From contig BAAIJX010000062.1 in assembly GCA_054600435.1 (NCBI GenBank), positions 62,001-120,769 on the forward strand: a stretch of DNA of 58,769 bases. The letters are read 5' to 3'. The position numbers and the translations under genes were made by a program. This stretch comes from Neophaeotheca triangularis. Lineage: Eukaryota. Numbering within the stretch: the first letter of the stretch is position 1; the number at the start of each line of letters is the position of its first letter. Shown piece by piece: positions 1 through 12,923 of the stretch. The notes under the pieces were generated by a model, which was not told where the DNA came from, made no database searches, and saw only the letters and a list, made by a program, of their open reading frames with translations.

Positions 1-37
1 AGAAACGGTCAAAGATGTTGCTTTCGGTGTTTAGCAT
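1..37 (-). CDS. Possible 5' end of a gene running off the window (MLNTESNIFDRF...)
   Basis: ATG at 37 on the minus strand in a CAACAACAC-ATG context, open to the window edge; too short to identify. Confidence 0.3.
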   Translation of the reverse strand, partial: MLNTESNIFDRF

Positions 38-665
38 GTGTTGTTGGACTGCACTGGTAGATATCTGCCTGCAGAAAGAGTGAAGGTGAAGGGGGCCAAG
101 GGGGCGTGAACTGAGGTTCGATAGGAAGCACAGGACGTTTGTTCTGATGGCGCTACGGCCACTTTAGGAAGGGTCCGCCTTGACCACAATCCACCTCACT
201 TCACCAAGAAGGCCACAACATCTTGTACCGTACTTCCTCTCGCGAGGCTCCCAAACGAGACCGACGGTAGGACAGGTAGTTAGCATACGTAGACGGTTGA
301 AATATAGGTACTTTAGTTCATGTTCTTCCATCTTCCATGTTGCGCGCGTAAGGGCGAGAATCGGGAAGTCGGATAGATTTTGACCCCGACGACAGATCGC
401 GGCACAAGCATCGGCCGAGCCCGAACCCGAACCCGAACCCGAGATGCTGATTGATGACGGGAACCTCCAGCACCTTGACTCGGGCTTTCGTCACTACTTT
501 TTGGACGTTGCAACGTTAAAACCGACGGTCGTTTCGCAGCGGCCGTAAGCATCCACGGTCCGGGCATGTTATCCTAGACCTACCGGTATAGTTGGCTGCC
601 TGCCTGCGTCTTGTAGGTGGTGCGCCTTCCTTTCTCTACCCTTTCCTACTACATCCTATCCGACC

Positions 666-2006
666 ATGGCAGATCACCTCTGTGTTCTAATCCACGGCTT
701 ATGGGGAAACCCAAGCCATCTCGAACAGTTGCGCTCAACACTGCAGGCGCAACACGAAGGCCTCCATATCCTCGTCGCCAAGTCGAACACTGATTCCTAC
801 ACCTACGATGGCATCGCGCTCGGCGGTGAGCGTATCACAAATGAAATCGAGCAACAACTGGCCGATCTTTCCTCGACAACAACTATAACCAAAATCAGCA
901 TAGTTGGCTACAGCTTGGGTGGTTTGATCGCTCGCTACGCTATTGGCCTGCTCTACAAAAATGGCGTTTTCGATGACATCGAGCCAGTCAATTTCACCAC
1001 CTTCGCGACACCACATCTGGGAGTACGGACACCGACGGTAGGATGGAAGGGCGATTTTTGGAACTCGCTAGGCAGCAGGACACTCAGCACGAGCGGGCAG
1101 CAGATGTTCCTCATCGACGATTTCAGGGAGACTGGGAGACCTTTGCTGGGTATCATGGCTGATGCGAACAGTGCCTTTATCAAAGGGCTGGCCAAGTTCA
1201 AGAGCAAGAGCGTGTACGCGAACATCATCAACGACCGCAGCGTACCCTTCTACACTTCTGGAATCTCAGCCACCGACCCATTCGTAGATTTGGAAAGGGT
1301 AAACCTCAACTACGACAAGACCACCGAACCCGACCCCGACGGCAAGCTCGTCATCCTCGAGTCCGAGAAACCCGCGACACCAAAACCCGACGCCCTTGTC
1401 CAGACCTGGGGTCAAACACTCTCGCAAACAGCAAGCAACGTCCCATTATACGCGCTTCTGACCGTCCTCGTCCCTATCGGCGCAACGGTCTTCCTGATCA
1501 ACAGCGGCTACCAAACCTACCAGTCCGCGCGCCGCGTCCGCCTGCACGAAGAGGGCAAAGCGGGCATCAGCCTCGGACGCTATCGAATCCCGCTCCTGGA
1601 AGAAGCAACGCAAATGCGCGATCGCGTGTACTCGCAACTCGCGGAAAGCGAACGGGAAGACTACCTGCCTACCCCTCCGCCCGAAACCTCAACGGGCTCC
1701 TCTTCCGCCGCCTCAACCAACAACGATGTCGAAAAGGCAGTCGCTGGTCCTCCTTCCGTCACTGCAGCTGTAGCGGAGCACCACAGGAAAATCAGCAAGG
1801 ATGAACAGGGGTTTCCCAAATTGGCGTTGACGGACGAGCAATTCAAGATGATTGCGAACTTGGATAAAGTCGGTTTGCGCAAGTTTCCGGTGCATATTCG
1901 CAAGGTTAGGCATACGCATGCAGCTATTATTGTGAGGACGAAGAGGGAGACATTCTCGGAAGGTTGGGTTGTTATCAATCATTGGGCGGAGAGGTTTGAA
2001 GTATGA
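666..2006 (+). CDS. DUF676 putative serine esterase/lipase (Rog1-like alpha/beta hydrolase)
   Basis: 446-aa ORF with HGLWG, GYSLGG nucleophile elbow, ATPHLG, YANIINDRSVP and C-terminal HTHAAII motifs; one hydrophobic segment. Confidence 0.9.
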   Translation: MADHLCVLIHGLWGNPSHLEQLRSTLQAQHEGLHILVAKSNTDSYTYDGIALGGERITNEIEQQLADLSSTTTITKISIVGYSLGGLIARYAIGLLYKNGVFDDIEPVNFTTFATPHLGVRTPTVGWKGDFWNSLGSRTLSTSGQQMFLIDDFRETGRPLLGIMADANSAFIKGLAKFKSKSVYANIINDRSVPFYTSGISATDPFVDLERVNLNYDKTTEPDPDGKLVILESEKPATPKPDALVQTWGQTLSQTASNVPLYALLTVLVPIGATVFLINSGYQTYQSARRVRLHEEGKAGISLGRYRIPLLEEATQMRDRVYSQLAESEREDYLPTPPPETSTGSSSAASTNNDVEKAVAGPPSVTAAVAEHHRKISKDEQGFPKLALTDEQFKMIANLDKVGLRKFPVHIRKVRHTHAAIIVRTKRETFSEGWVVINHWAERFEV

Positions 2007-2549
2007 GGTTGGATGCGGGTTGAACTGAGTGCTGGAATTGAAGGCTGGATACGAGAATACACCTAGGTTAAGGATGAGGATATCCACTGGAGCACGATGG
2101 CTCGTGGTCGCCGTACCCTGCGTTGGCCAAGCGGCACGCGTCGCGCGATATACAGCGTCAGTGGCTCGACAGAGGCCACGCGAGTCGGCTTGAGCAGCTG
2201 CGCCAGGGGACTTGGAGCGCCCGCGAGGGCCAAACTGATCCTGGCAATAATAGGCCGCGGCATTCGCAGTGGCTTGGAAAATGGCCTTGAGCGGAGATTC
2301 AAGAGACAGGGACGACGAGGCCCCTGCGAGATAGAGCGGGGTAGAGGCTGTCGAGGTGTTTCGAAAGCAGCAGGACGCCTATTGAAGGTTTATGCTGAAG
2401 ACATGTGCAATAAGTACGTTCATACTGGTAGACGTAAGGGGACCAAGTGGTCGAGCCCGACGCCGCCCACCAGTGTATATCACAGATTCGATTTGTAACA
2501 AAAGTATTGCATTCCATAACCTTAAGACCTCCACCTCATCATCATCTAC

Positions 2550-3485
2550 TCACAACTTCGCCCTCTCCCCATCGTCCAGCAAAGTCAAGCCAGTCACCTT
2601 TTCCAACTCCTTAACCGCCTTCCACGACTTTCCCAACTCAACCTTAACAGTCCGCATCCCCACCTGCTTCGCCGTCCGCAAATTCGTCCCAATATCATCC
2701 AAAAACACAACATCCCCCGCCTCCACCCCTCCTCCCCCCTTGGCCCTAAACTCCTCATCCAACAACTTCACGGCCAACTCATAAATCGGGCGATCCGGCT
2801 TGCGCAATCCCACATGCGCCGACGACACAAAAACATCAAAAACCCCCTTCATCTCCGCATGCCGCCTGCCATCCTCGGTCCCCACATCATTGTACGGATG
2901 CCCTTCCGGGAAGATGCTCGTATTGCTCAACGCCCCCAGCACCAACTCCCCCTTCAAGTCCCCGTCGGCAGCCGCCCGCAAGCGTCGCAGCGCGGGCCAC
3001 ATCCAGCGGTCCAGCTGCCGCGACTCGCGCATCATGCTCCAGTACAAGGCCTCGGCGTCAATGTCCGGGACCGGCGGGGCTTGGAAAGCGGTTTCCTCGG
3101 CGGCTTGGCTGGCGGGCTCGCTTCGGGCTTTTTGGAGGCTGCGAGCGTAGTAGTCGCGCCAGCGCTTCTCGTTTGTGAGGTCGGCAGCGAAGGCGGCGAA
3201 GAAGGTGGCGTCGAGGGGGATTTGGCCGCGTTCGAGCCGCGCCCAGCTGCCGTTGGGTCCCGAGTGCGAGATTGCTGTGTTGATGTAGCCGTGTGGGATG
3301 GAGTGGGCGGTTTCGTAGTCGAGGATTGCTTGCATGGGGCTCGCGACGCAGACGCCGCCGATGTCGAAGAGGAGGACGAGGGGGCGTTGAGGTGGGGTGG
3401 GGGAGGGCATGGTGAGGGTTGTGCCGAAGAGGGTGTAGGTTTGTTTGTTGGAGGGGGACCAGGGGTTGTTGGAGCTTGGGGGCAT
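2550..3485 (-). CDS. HAD-superfamily hydrolase (soluble epoxide hydrolase N-terminal phosphatase-like)
   Basis: 311-aa ORF with LLFDIGGV, LSNT, GLRKPD and FLDDIGTNL motifs. Confidence 0.88.
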   Translation of the reverse strand: MPPSSNNPWSPSNKQTYTLFGTTLTMPSPTPPQRPLVLLFDIGGVCVASPMQAILDYETAHSIPHGYINTAISHSGPNGSWARLERGQIPLDATFFAAFAADLTNEKRWRDYYARSLQKARSEPASQAAEETAFQAPPVPDIDAEALYWSMMRESRQLDRWMWPALRRLRAAADGDLKGELVLGALSNTSIFPEGHPYNDVGTEDGRRHAEMKGVFDVFVSSAHVGLRKPDRPIYELAVKLLDEEFRAKGGGGVEAGDVVFLDDIGTNLRTAKQVGMRTVKVELGKSWKAVKELEKVTGLTLLDDGERAKL

Positions 3486-4254
3486 TCAGTTTGAGGGCTG
3501 GGTCATGTTATGGGCAGTTGCTTGTCTAGATGAATTAGGTGATTGGAGACTTGAGGTGGTGGCTCTGTGTTTGAAGGCATCGTAATCGAAACGTGCCTCT
3601 ATGTACGAGTTGTCCGGTTGTCGAGCGGGTCATTGGAGGTGGTGTAGATCTAACCTCGGCTTGAGGTGATATCGATAAGATTGACATGTGATGGAGAGCT
3701 TTTGGTTGGCTGTATTGGACAGACCCTATCCCATGGACGTTTGCTCCGCAGGGAGCCGGGGAGAGACACAGGTCGCCTTGGCCTCGTGCGATTGGAACTG
3801 TCCACCCATAACTACTACCTGCGTTAGCGGAGGCAAGCTTGCGCCCACCTGGAAAAAGGCGACCTTCACTGCATTCAATGGCGCCACCTAATCGGATCAT
3901 ACTTGACGTTCTATCGCGAGCGTTCGTTTGGCCGGGTACCAGGTCGAAATTTTACGAGACCTGCATGCAATTTAATCAAGGCCGGTCTGACTTTATGGCG
4001 AAAGGAGGTGTAGGCATCGACATATTGAGAATTGTTCGAACATCACGCTCAAAAAAGCCCTTGGAGAGCATTAATACCATATCGAAGCAGCAAGCTCCAC
4101 TGTGCAAAGCGTAAACCCACTACAATACAATACGGAAAGCGTACCGTTGAAATCGCTAAACTCCATGAGATGCTCACTGCCACAACCCGTTCTTCCCTGA
4201 TGTTTTGACGCCCAGTGATCCCGACCCAAAAGGTGTTCTTAAGATCCTGCAAAT

Positions 4255-5825
4255 CTACAAAAATGTAGCCCCGAGGAAAGTGCCAACAAGAACGACAGCA
4301 CTGCAAATCAGCGGCGTGAAACCAACAGCACCGACGACAGGAGCAGCAGCGCTCTCGTTGACCTCGGCGGCGCTGGAGCCAGAGTCGGAGTCGGAATCAG
4401 AATCGGAGTCAGAGTTGGAGTTGGAAGTCTGAGCGGCGGTAGCGCCAGAGTTGGTGGCAGTCATGGTGACCTCGCCGGAACCAGCGGAAGCAGTCTCAGT
4501 GGAGCCACCGCCAGCGTTCTGGCTGCCCTCGCCATCGAGCCCGGGTCCCTCTCCTGCACCCTTGCGCATGAATTCCTGGGCCTTGGCGGGCATGGCAGGA
4601 AGCGCCTCGCCGCTGTAGCTTCCGAGCTCGAAAGTGTCGGACTTGCCGGGGCAGTCAGCGGGCTTGTTGCTGTCAGAGTAGCCGCCGTCACCGCTGGGGC
4701 TGGCGGTGTTCTTGAAAGCTTCCATCAAGGCCTGGAAGTCGCTGTTCTCGGTGACCGAGTCGCCGTTGATCTTGACGAGACCGTACCCGTTGGTCTCCTC
4801 ACTGTATTCGTAAACGAGACCGCCGGAGTAGACGGATGTCATGTCGTCGCTGTAGAGGGAGGCCACTTCTTCAAACTTGCGCTCGTTCTTGATGCAGCCG
4901 TACTCGGAGAGGCTAAAAAAAAAAACGTCAGTAGTGGATCTAAAAATCACCAAAACTCGGGTTTCTCACAAAATAGGGATGCTGTAGTTGGAGAACATCT
5001 CCACCTTTTGGTTCCAACCGCTCTGCTCGAAAGAAGAAGGATCACACCAAGCGTAGTCGTTGAAAGCGAAGAAATCGCTACGCTGGTCCTCAGTACCACA
5101 GTTCATGTACTGTGCCATCTCGTAACGGCTCTCCTCGACGTCTGCGGCAGAGTACCCGACGGGAATTTTGCGGTAGCCACGGCTGCCAATGTATTGCTTC
5201 ATGTCCCTCGTGGTCGACTTGACGAAGGGCGCACAGTCGGTAGTCTGGTCATCGTTGATGACCTCATTGCCGGAGAAGAAGAGCAGAGTGTTGTCGTAGT
5301 TGGCAAAGGCATCGATAGTGGCGAAGATGCTCTGCAGGTAAGTCGGGTTGTACGACGCACCGGGCGAGCCACGGTTGATGGAGTACAAGGGGGTGTTGAC
5401 GTCGAGGGCAAGGTAGATACCAGCGTCGGCGAGCATGCTCATGCACTCATCGTGGTCGGCTGTGTTATCGACGGTGTAAACGCGGATGGTGTTGAGGCCC
5501 AACTTCTTAAACTCTTCCACATCACGCTTGCAGCCTTGGACGTCTGCGATCGGGTCCTTCGCATCGGAGGCACCGCCAGGCTGGTAGTCAACGCCACGGA
5601 TGTAGAAACGCTCATCGCCGGCGAAGAACGCTAGAGAGTTATGTTAGATACCAAGCATATGCCAATGTTGATTGCCAATGCATGGATCTTACCATTTCCC
5701 TTGACTGTCACAGTGGGCACGCTGCCTGAGCTGGCGCCGGATTGCCTGGCTTCGATCTTGGTCGGTGTGCCAACAGCACTGGCGAGCGCTGCGGATGCGG
5801 CGGTGATGGCGATTGAGCCCTTCAT
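4255..5825 (-). CDS. GH72 1,3-beta-glucanosyltransferase (Gel/Gas family), GPI-anchored; 3 exons
   Basis: Signal peptide MKGSIAITAASAALASA; introns ~5631-5692 and ~4913-4971; FYIRGVDYQ, FFSGNEV, LSEYGC, SGGLVYEY motifs; Ser/Asp-rich linker and hydrophobic GPI-type tail. Confidence 0.93.
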
Positions 5826-7177
5826 TATGCTAATAAGGTGTAGGAACCTGAAGGAATGGAGGTTATGTTCCCAAGAAAATGCCGAGCCCTTGGTGTATGA
5901 AGCTTGGTTTGGTTCAAGACAAGACAAGAGCGATAATGCAAGAAGCGTCGACGTTCAAAGTAAGAAAGTCTGGTGAAACGAAGGAGAGATGGAATGGGAA
6001 ACAGCGAAAAGAATATGGCTGAACGGGGAGGGAGGAGCGAATGTGGTTGTTGTGACGAAACGAAGGGAAGATAAAAGGGAGGATGGGAAGGACAACAACA
6101 AGGCGGCAAAAAAGACAAGCTCAACGATCTGGGTCTTGGTGTGGCGAGCAGCGAGCTTCGTAACCCTCCATCGCCGCTACTGCAGTCCCTGAAAGCTTAC
6201 CTACCTTACCTACCTTACCTAGCCAAACTCCTGCCAAATTCAGGGGTCCCGTCAACGGCCGGGACTTCTGTAGACTGTAGACTGCATTATTATTGATATT
6301 TACCTCTACATCCGGCATGGCAAACCCAAGCACTGTAATCTCCAAAACATGCCGAATCACGTATCAAACAGTCGCACGCGAGTAGGCTTTGTTATTAACC
6401 TCTTCAAGGCATTTGAACATCGGGCAAAGGACGTTCAGGAGGTGAGGCCGTATTCCAAACCACGACCCTTTCCCAGCTACCTCTAGCTAGGCCGCGCAAT
6501 CCGTGCTCAGACTCCCCCCCAACTTTCAAGTAACCCAGCCAACCAGCGAACCCTAAAGCGACCTGACGAATCTCACCCAGCCCTTTCTGTAACAACGACT
6601 AGAGCGAGCGCGCAGAGGCTGGACATTTGTGAGTCGTAGCCAATGTATGCCATTAATCTTTTGTTCGCCATAAAACGACATACCTCACACTTACCAGACA
6701 CGGAATAGGAAACCACTCGGATTCTCAAATCATAAGTGCCGTCTCAGCAGAGACAGCGACAAAATATTTTGCATACCATCATAGCTATGTTCGCAATTCC
6801 CTCCCAGCCATCCATTCTCCCATCGCTCTGCCATGGCGCAAACATCTACATGGCGCATCGCATCGCTTCGCACCACACTGCTACTCAGTGGTGAAAACTA
6901 AACTCCTCCCCGTACGCGGTCATAACGTAAGGGGGCAAGTGTGGGGGTTAGAAGAAGAATAAGAAGACGAAGAATGGGAGTAACAAGTCGCCGGGCAGGC
7001 CAGCCCATCCAATTCCACTCCTCCCATCGCTTCGTCGCCGCAAAGGCACCATGCATTAAACGCCGTTCTGCACATCAGATGGCAGTCCCCTTATTGATCA
7101 GATAAATCAAGCTTTCGAGCTGTGTCTCGCGGACGAAACGTAATCGCTCGCTGATGTAGGAGGCCAGACGTAGACAA

Positions 7178-10009
7178 TCACATGCCGCTGACGCTCCTGT
7201 GCCTCCTGTCACCGCCTCCCTCGCCGCCATTCTTGTTCTTCCAGAACATCAGCTTCTTCAACCGATGATGGCCAGTCGTTTCCCTTTCCTTCTTCTTCGG
7301 CTTCACGACCTCCATGGGCGCTGGAAGGTTGGCGGTTTGGGGTCTCGCTTCCTCGCCACGGGGATGTTTTCCATGGAAAGAGCCACCCATGAGCTGCGAG
7401 AGGCTTTGGATGCTGCTTCTTTTCTTCCTCCTTTCCTCGCTGGTCACTGCAAAGTCCTGCACCTGAGGCGACGATACCGATGCGATGGATGTGCTGCGGT
7501 CGGAAAAGTCGCGGCGCGAATTGTTGTTGTGTGCCAGGATGTTTGACATCATGGTCGAGCGGCTGGAAGTCAGACTCGGAACATCGTCGACGGAAATTCG
7601 GTTGGAGCTGGCGGTGGTTCTGTTGTCGGCAATGGACGAGGCTGTTGTACGCGAAGCTTCAAAGGAGGACTGCCTGCGACCGAGGTCTGGAGAGGAAAAG
7701 GTCGATGTCTGAAAGGTGTCTGGCGTTTGCGAGACTGGCTGCGCTGGCGGAAGTGGTGCCAAAATCGTGGGAGTTTCGCTCGAGTCAGAGGATTTGGTAA
7801 GTGAAGATGATCGCGGCTCCTCCTCATCTGACAAGGCTTCGATACGCTTGTGTTGAGCTTGGGGGGATTCGGCTGGGCTAGACTCTTCGAGAATCGTCTC
7901 CTCAACAAGGGATGCACGACGATCTGAGCTGAGAGGCGCAGACAGTCGGTAGCTCTGTCCATGTGAGGTGGAAGGACGCTCAATTTCCCAGCCGCCAGAC
8001 TGAATTCCAAGCCCTTCCCCAACTGAGCTCCTCGTTCGCTGCACCGGCAGTGAATTGTCCGAGTCGACTATAGATACGCCCATGCTGGACTCCTCAAGTT
8101 GGGTGCTTGGTCGTGAGCTGCTTGGGGTCTTGCCTTCGTCCTCTTCGTCTTCCTCAAACACGTCGGCCATTGAAGTTTGCGATGGAGTACCAATCCTGGC
8201 AGGGTTCTCGAACGGTGAGAGCGTTGGCAAGCTCAGAGCACGTTGGTGGGTGCCACTGAACCCTCCGCCAAATTCCTTGCCTCCGCGACTGCTATGAAGT
8301 TGTCTGCGATGCGACCCTATCACAGGAGTGCGTAGCGGACCAAGCGCAGCGTCGAGATCCACCATTGGGCTAGAGTCGCCCGACGAGCATTGTTTGTCCC
8401 AAGTGTATTGGTTAGGCGTAGGTACACTGGTCTCGTACACAGGTTGTGTCTGTGAGCCAACGCGCTGTGTCTCTTCCAATGGACTGGGGTCACTGAACAC
8501 AGCATCCAGATCAGTCTCGGCTACTGGGATTTCGGCGGGAACAGGGATAGCGCCAGGAACCACGCTCTCTTCGGAAGGGTATGGCCCTGTACTGACGCTT
8601 TGTGCCTCCGTCTCTTGTGCAGCGTGATCCTTTGACTTTCTCGACATCTTACCAATAGCCCAGCTCTTGATTTTGCGCGTTGACAGCCGATGACCTGCGT
8701 CACCTTCTTCATTGTCTTCACGCTCGGGCTGGCGTCCTGGGGACGTTTCCTGCAGTGATATTGCAGAAAGCCGCGATGCCGCGTCGAGACTGGTCGAGAT
8801 GGTAGGCTCGCTCTTGCGTCGATCAAAACCCAGTGCATGGCCCAAAGAGTGACGCTTCCGGTGGAGGGGGCGTGGTGTCGCTTGCGGCTGATCTTGCTCG
8901 GCGAAGGTGATGCTTGTGGGTGTAGTGACAGATTCCGATTGCGGTCTTTTAAGGTCAGGCGCTGATACGCTGCGAAGCCACTCCCCTTCTTTCTCGATGC
9001 GTCTGCTAATCTCGGCTGATGATCTGGGCTTTGGCCCTGGCTCGTCTTCGGGCGTCGTGCTTAGCGTGGGTCTCTGAGCGCGCTGTGAAGGCGGGCTCGG
9101 AGAGCTCAGGCTTAACATCGAAGAGATGCTGTTGTTGTGAGAAGAGCTTTCGGTCTCAGACGAGATAGTGGAAAGCGGGCGCTGCTGCTGAGGTATGTAC
9201 TCAACAGCATCTGAGAAACCAACGCTTCGTTGCTTCGATTGTGGCCTGATCAAGGTGTCGTCGATCTCGATGCTAGGTAAATTAGCTTCCTTGTCATCGT
9301 TCGGAATCGGGGCGGTCGTGGCTCTTTTTAGCGAATCGGTGTGCGTATCACCTGCGTTGTAGGTGGGTGTGTTTGGTAGGCTGCTACTAAGCTGCGTTTC
9401 GGGCATCTTAGGCTTCATGATATTTGTCACATCACTGCTCGAGACAGCACCTGAACGTCGGTGTCGGTGGCGCATTTCGCTAGATGGGCCTGGCGGTGCG
9501 ACCACTGGTCCTGCTATAGGCACAGGCAGGGCATTAGTCTTTGTAGGGCTCGAGCTGACAGCACTTGTCACGCCAAATCTGGAGTCTCCGCCAACCAATT
9601 CGCTACCTCCTCGTCTGTGCCCTCTTCGACTCGGTGGCGCGGTGGGATCCGTAGGTGTAATGGGTGGAGAAGGGCTGTCCTGCAAGCCAGATGAATCTTG
9701 CTGGTTGAAGACGAAGCTAGGCAATGTCGACTTGGCCTTTCTATGTCCAAGTGAAGGGCCTAGAGCTGGAGCACTGCTCGTTTCTGATTTGGTCGGATCG
9801 ATCTGCATAGACATGTGCCTTCGGGAAGTCGCAGGCCTGGGCAGAGATGAGGCATGCCCTTGAGGTTGCATGGGGAACGTGAAGTCTGGATTCGCGCGCA
9901 TTTCGATCTTTGGTGCATTTCGTGGCATGACTCCAGCAGCGTTGATCGAGTTGACACTGCTGGTCTGTCGGTGGTGTCGTGGCATTGTGGGCATAGCAAC
10001 TTCAGCCAT
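7178..10009 (-). CDS. Ser/Pro-rich, largely disordered fungal hypothetical protein (943 aa)
   Basis: Long uninterrupted ORF; low complexity with short motif islands (RRGHRRGGSELVGGD, HRHRRSGAVS, VDLDAALGP). Confidence 0.8.
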   Translation of the reverse strand: MAEVAMPTMPRHHRQTSSVNSINAAGVMPRNAPKIEMRANPDFTFPMQPQGHASSLPRPATSRRHMSMQIDPTKSETSSAPALGPSLGHRKAKSTLPSFVFNQQDSSGLQDSPSPPITPTDPTAPPSRRGHRRGGSELVGGDSRFGVTSAVSSSPTKTNALPVPIAGPVVAPPGPSSEMRHRHRRSGAVSSSDVTNIMKPKMPETQLSSSLPNTPTYNAGDTHTDSLKRATTAPIPNDDKEANLPSIEIDDTLIRPQSKQRSVGFSDAVEYIPQQQRPLSTISSETESSSHNNSISSMLSLSSPSPPSQRAQRPTLSTTPEDEPGPKPRSSAEISRRIEKEGEWLRSVSAPDLKRPQSESVTTPTSITFAEQDQPQATPRPLHRKRHSLGHALGFDRRKSEPTISTSLDAASRLSAISLQETSPGRQPEREDNEEGDAGHRLSTRKIKSWAIGKMSRKSKDHAAQETEAQSVSTGPYPSEESVVPGAIPVPAEIPVAETDLDAVFSDPSPLEETQRVGSQTQPVYETSVPTPNQYTWDKQCSSGDSSPMVDLDAALGPLRTPVIGSHRRQLHSSRGGKEFGGGFSGTHQRALSLPTLSPFENPARIGTPSQTSMADVFEEDEEDEGKTPSSSRPSTQLEESSMGVSIVDSDNSLPVQRTRSSVGEGLGIQSGGWEIERPSTSHGQSYRLSAPLSSDRRASLVEETILEESSPAESPQAQHKRIEALSDEEEPRSSSLTKSSDSSETPTILAPLPPAQPVSQTPDTFQTSTFSSPDLGRRQSSFEASRTTASSIADNRTTASSNRISVDDVPSLTSSRSTMMSNILAHNNNSRRDFSDRSTSIASVSSPQVQDFAVTSEERRKKRSSIQSLSQLMGGSFHGKHPRGEEARPQTANLPAPMEVVKPKKKERETTGHHRLKKLMFWKNKNGGEGGGDRRHRSVSGM

Positions 10010-12891
10010 GATGGTGGTTGCCTGATTGGAGCGACAGGTGACGGTGTGAGGGGATGCAGTGAGGGGTGAGGACGCGACGGCGGTAGTGATTCGGTCTTGT
10101 GGGTGAGGTAGGTGAGGTAGGTGAGGTGAGGTGGGATAGGATTAAACGGCGGCTACGTCGACGTGTGTGTGTTTCTCTTCAAAAAGGACGCTGAAACGCT
10201 TCAATGGATGGATGCTAATCGAGGGAATGTTGCTATGCTTGGAGGCATGTCAGCGGGTTCGTCATGCTTTGAATGCCTTGAGCGTAAGGTGGGGGGTTTT
10301 GGGGGGTGGTCTATTACATTTGTGCCGCACCAAAGCTCGCAGAGCCTGAGGTTGTCGACGTAGTATGATGGGCAGTAGTGGTAGCAAATGCCCAAGTTGC
10401 TGCTGCTGCTGTTGGCCCCGGCGGGTGAAAGAATGAATGACAGTACAGCACGGTGGTAGTGGGTAAGGAATGGACGGCAATCAATACGAACACACACGCC
10501 TCTACAGCGGTAGCTCGCGATTGTGCCTGTTTGGGGAGGAGCAGGGGGGGGGTGGGAGGAGGTGAAGGAGTGAAAGCGAGGGAGGGGGGGGGAGAAACGT
10601 TAACGAGCCGGGCGACCCCAGGTAACGTTAGAGTCTGTAGGAGAGGCAGAGGCAGAGAGAGAGAGAGATTGTGAGATACAACAGCTTTGAGTTTGGTCAA
10701 AGCTTCTTGGCGAGCAGTACTACTAGTACTGTACATACTAGTAGGTGAGTAGGTGAGTTGATGAGTAGGTCGGTGACTGCGGCAACCCGAATGAATGAAC
10801 GAGAATGACTCTGAATGAGCTAAGGTAAGGTATTGAATAGTAACTTGCCATCGGGATCATGGGTACAGTAGTAGTCCAACTAGTATTATCATATCATCGT
10901 GGCCTTGATTCCAATCAACGACTCGCACGCGGGCCAACACGCCGCCGATATCCCTCGCTATCTACTAGCAGTAGCTGGAGTAGAACTAGTTACTAGTAAT
11001 TCTTGCCCTACGAAGGATGCAATTTCGGAGAGATAATCCTACCCTAACCTGCTCTAAGCTAGTGTCTTCGCTAAAACTAGCACCTACATAGTACATTACA
11101 TGCATCTCATGTAGGTACCTAAGGAGGTAGTAGTATGTAGGTATGTGTATTTTTATAAGACTCACATATTATTATTATCATTATTATTATTCACGTTACC
11201 TACTCACTACCTTTACATGCTGCTCGACAGGTAGTACCCTGCTAGTAGTTTGTAGAGACGCCTTCGGCTTCTTCGTAGAATATTAAGCATATGACCTACC
11301 TAGGTAGGCATGTTATGTTATGGCAAGTATAGTTGAGTTGAACCTTCTACATGTAGGCTATCGTTTGCGAACGACATGCGAAGCGTACTAGCAAGGTAAG
11401 GATGCCTATTTAATTGCCCCTGTTGACAACTTGGAAGATGATTACCTTATTATTATTATTATTATTATTGGCCGCGGCGGTTTGACTATTTGAGCAACGG
11501 GCCAAGTCGATCGGAAGTTAGCTACTACCTGGTAACGTTGGCTCGGGAATGGCATGTCGATGTCTTGGAAGTTGGAAGTTGGAAGTTGGAACAGAAAATC
11601 CCTTTTTTTTTTTCCTTCCGCCCTCGACTTCAAGCTAGGTAGGTTGTTGCCCCATCATCCATGCTGGACCATCCATGCACGACAGTCGAACATCATCACC
11701 TGACCGTCCCGAGGACCGGCTACTACTGTACTTGCTACTAGTACTTCCTGTTCACTACCTTACCTTACTCTTCACCGCTCATCAACCCACTCCCACCTCT
11801 CTCAATAATAATGATAATCGGCCTCTCTCACTGGCGTAAACGTACAACGTCCGCCCCATCTTGCTCGACCGAGGATTTACCTGCATACGGTAGTGTGCAG
11901 ATGGCCTGCATACCAATGTACCTAGATCGTCGTTGATGCTCGCAGCCACGTCTTACCGTATTCTCGCGCCAGCCGCGATAAATTCCCCTTTGCCCAATGA
12001 TCAACCAATCAATCAATCAATCTCGGCAACAATAAGATGGATCTCTGGGCTTCAACATGTCACGCTGCTCTCTCTCGGTGGAGTACAGTAGTATGACATG
12101 CTCATCTCCAGCATCATCCTCACCTTCGCCGCCCGTCGTCTGACGTCTGTCCTTCCCGTGTGTCTCGTGAGTCGTGACCTTCAAAAGATCAACAACCCTC
12201 CAGTACTAGTAGTGTAGTCCCCCGTCCCTGCGTCCGGAGTGCAAAAGTCTCCGCAGACGTGGTGACTTCTTCGCCCGAACCCGCAGCTCTCAACCACACC
12301 TCACGCAGGATAAATGACTGGCATAAGCGCGCAAGAACCCAAAACCGCCGCCGGGCTCACCACCATGTCGTGCCAGCGAAGCCCACGCCCGTTCCAACAA
12401 AGAATGAATAATAATAATGAGATGAAGCTGCACGACGGAAGCTGTACGGCACCAGAACCACCAAGCTCCATCCCTACCCCACCCACCCACCCACCCACTC
12501 ACCTACCTACCTACCCTTCACCGCACATCCCAAGAGTTCCCGCTCCCCAGCTTTCGCATCATGAGCAAAAAGAAAGGAAGAGAAAACGGTCTCGCAGCCT
12601 CGCACGCCCCACTCAAAGGCTACTTGGGTACACCGTACGACGGGCTGAGCTCCAACTCGAAGTCCCCCGAAATCACGCTCGCAGACAGCTGCAGCCAGGG
12701 GAGCTAGTTACCGCGACAGGTTCACGCATAGCGAGCGAGACAAAAAACGACTTTACCCTCCGACGGCGGCGGGCAGGCGTTCCTCGCCGTCCCACAGCGT
12801 GGCGTTCTTGCGTCGCACGACGGACCACACAGCACAGCAGCTGCTGGGTGCATCACGTACGAGATCTACAAACCGCAATAATCTATGTTAT

Positions 12892-12923
12892 TACTACTAC
12901 TACTACTACTACTACGACTACTA
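12892..12923. repeat. (TAC)n microsatellite
   Basis: Near-perfect TAC run read directly. Confidence 0.85.

Noticed and set aside
420..443. (CCCGAA)n as a telomere-like repeat
   Set aside because: Short hexamer microsatellite, not TTAGGG, in an ordinary divergent promoter
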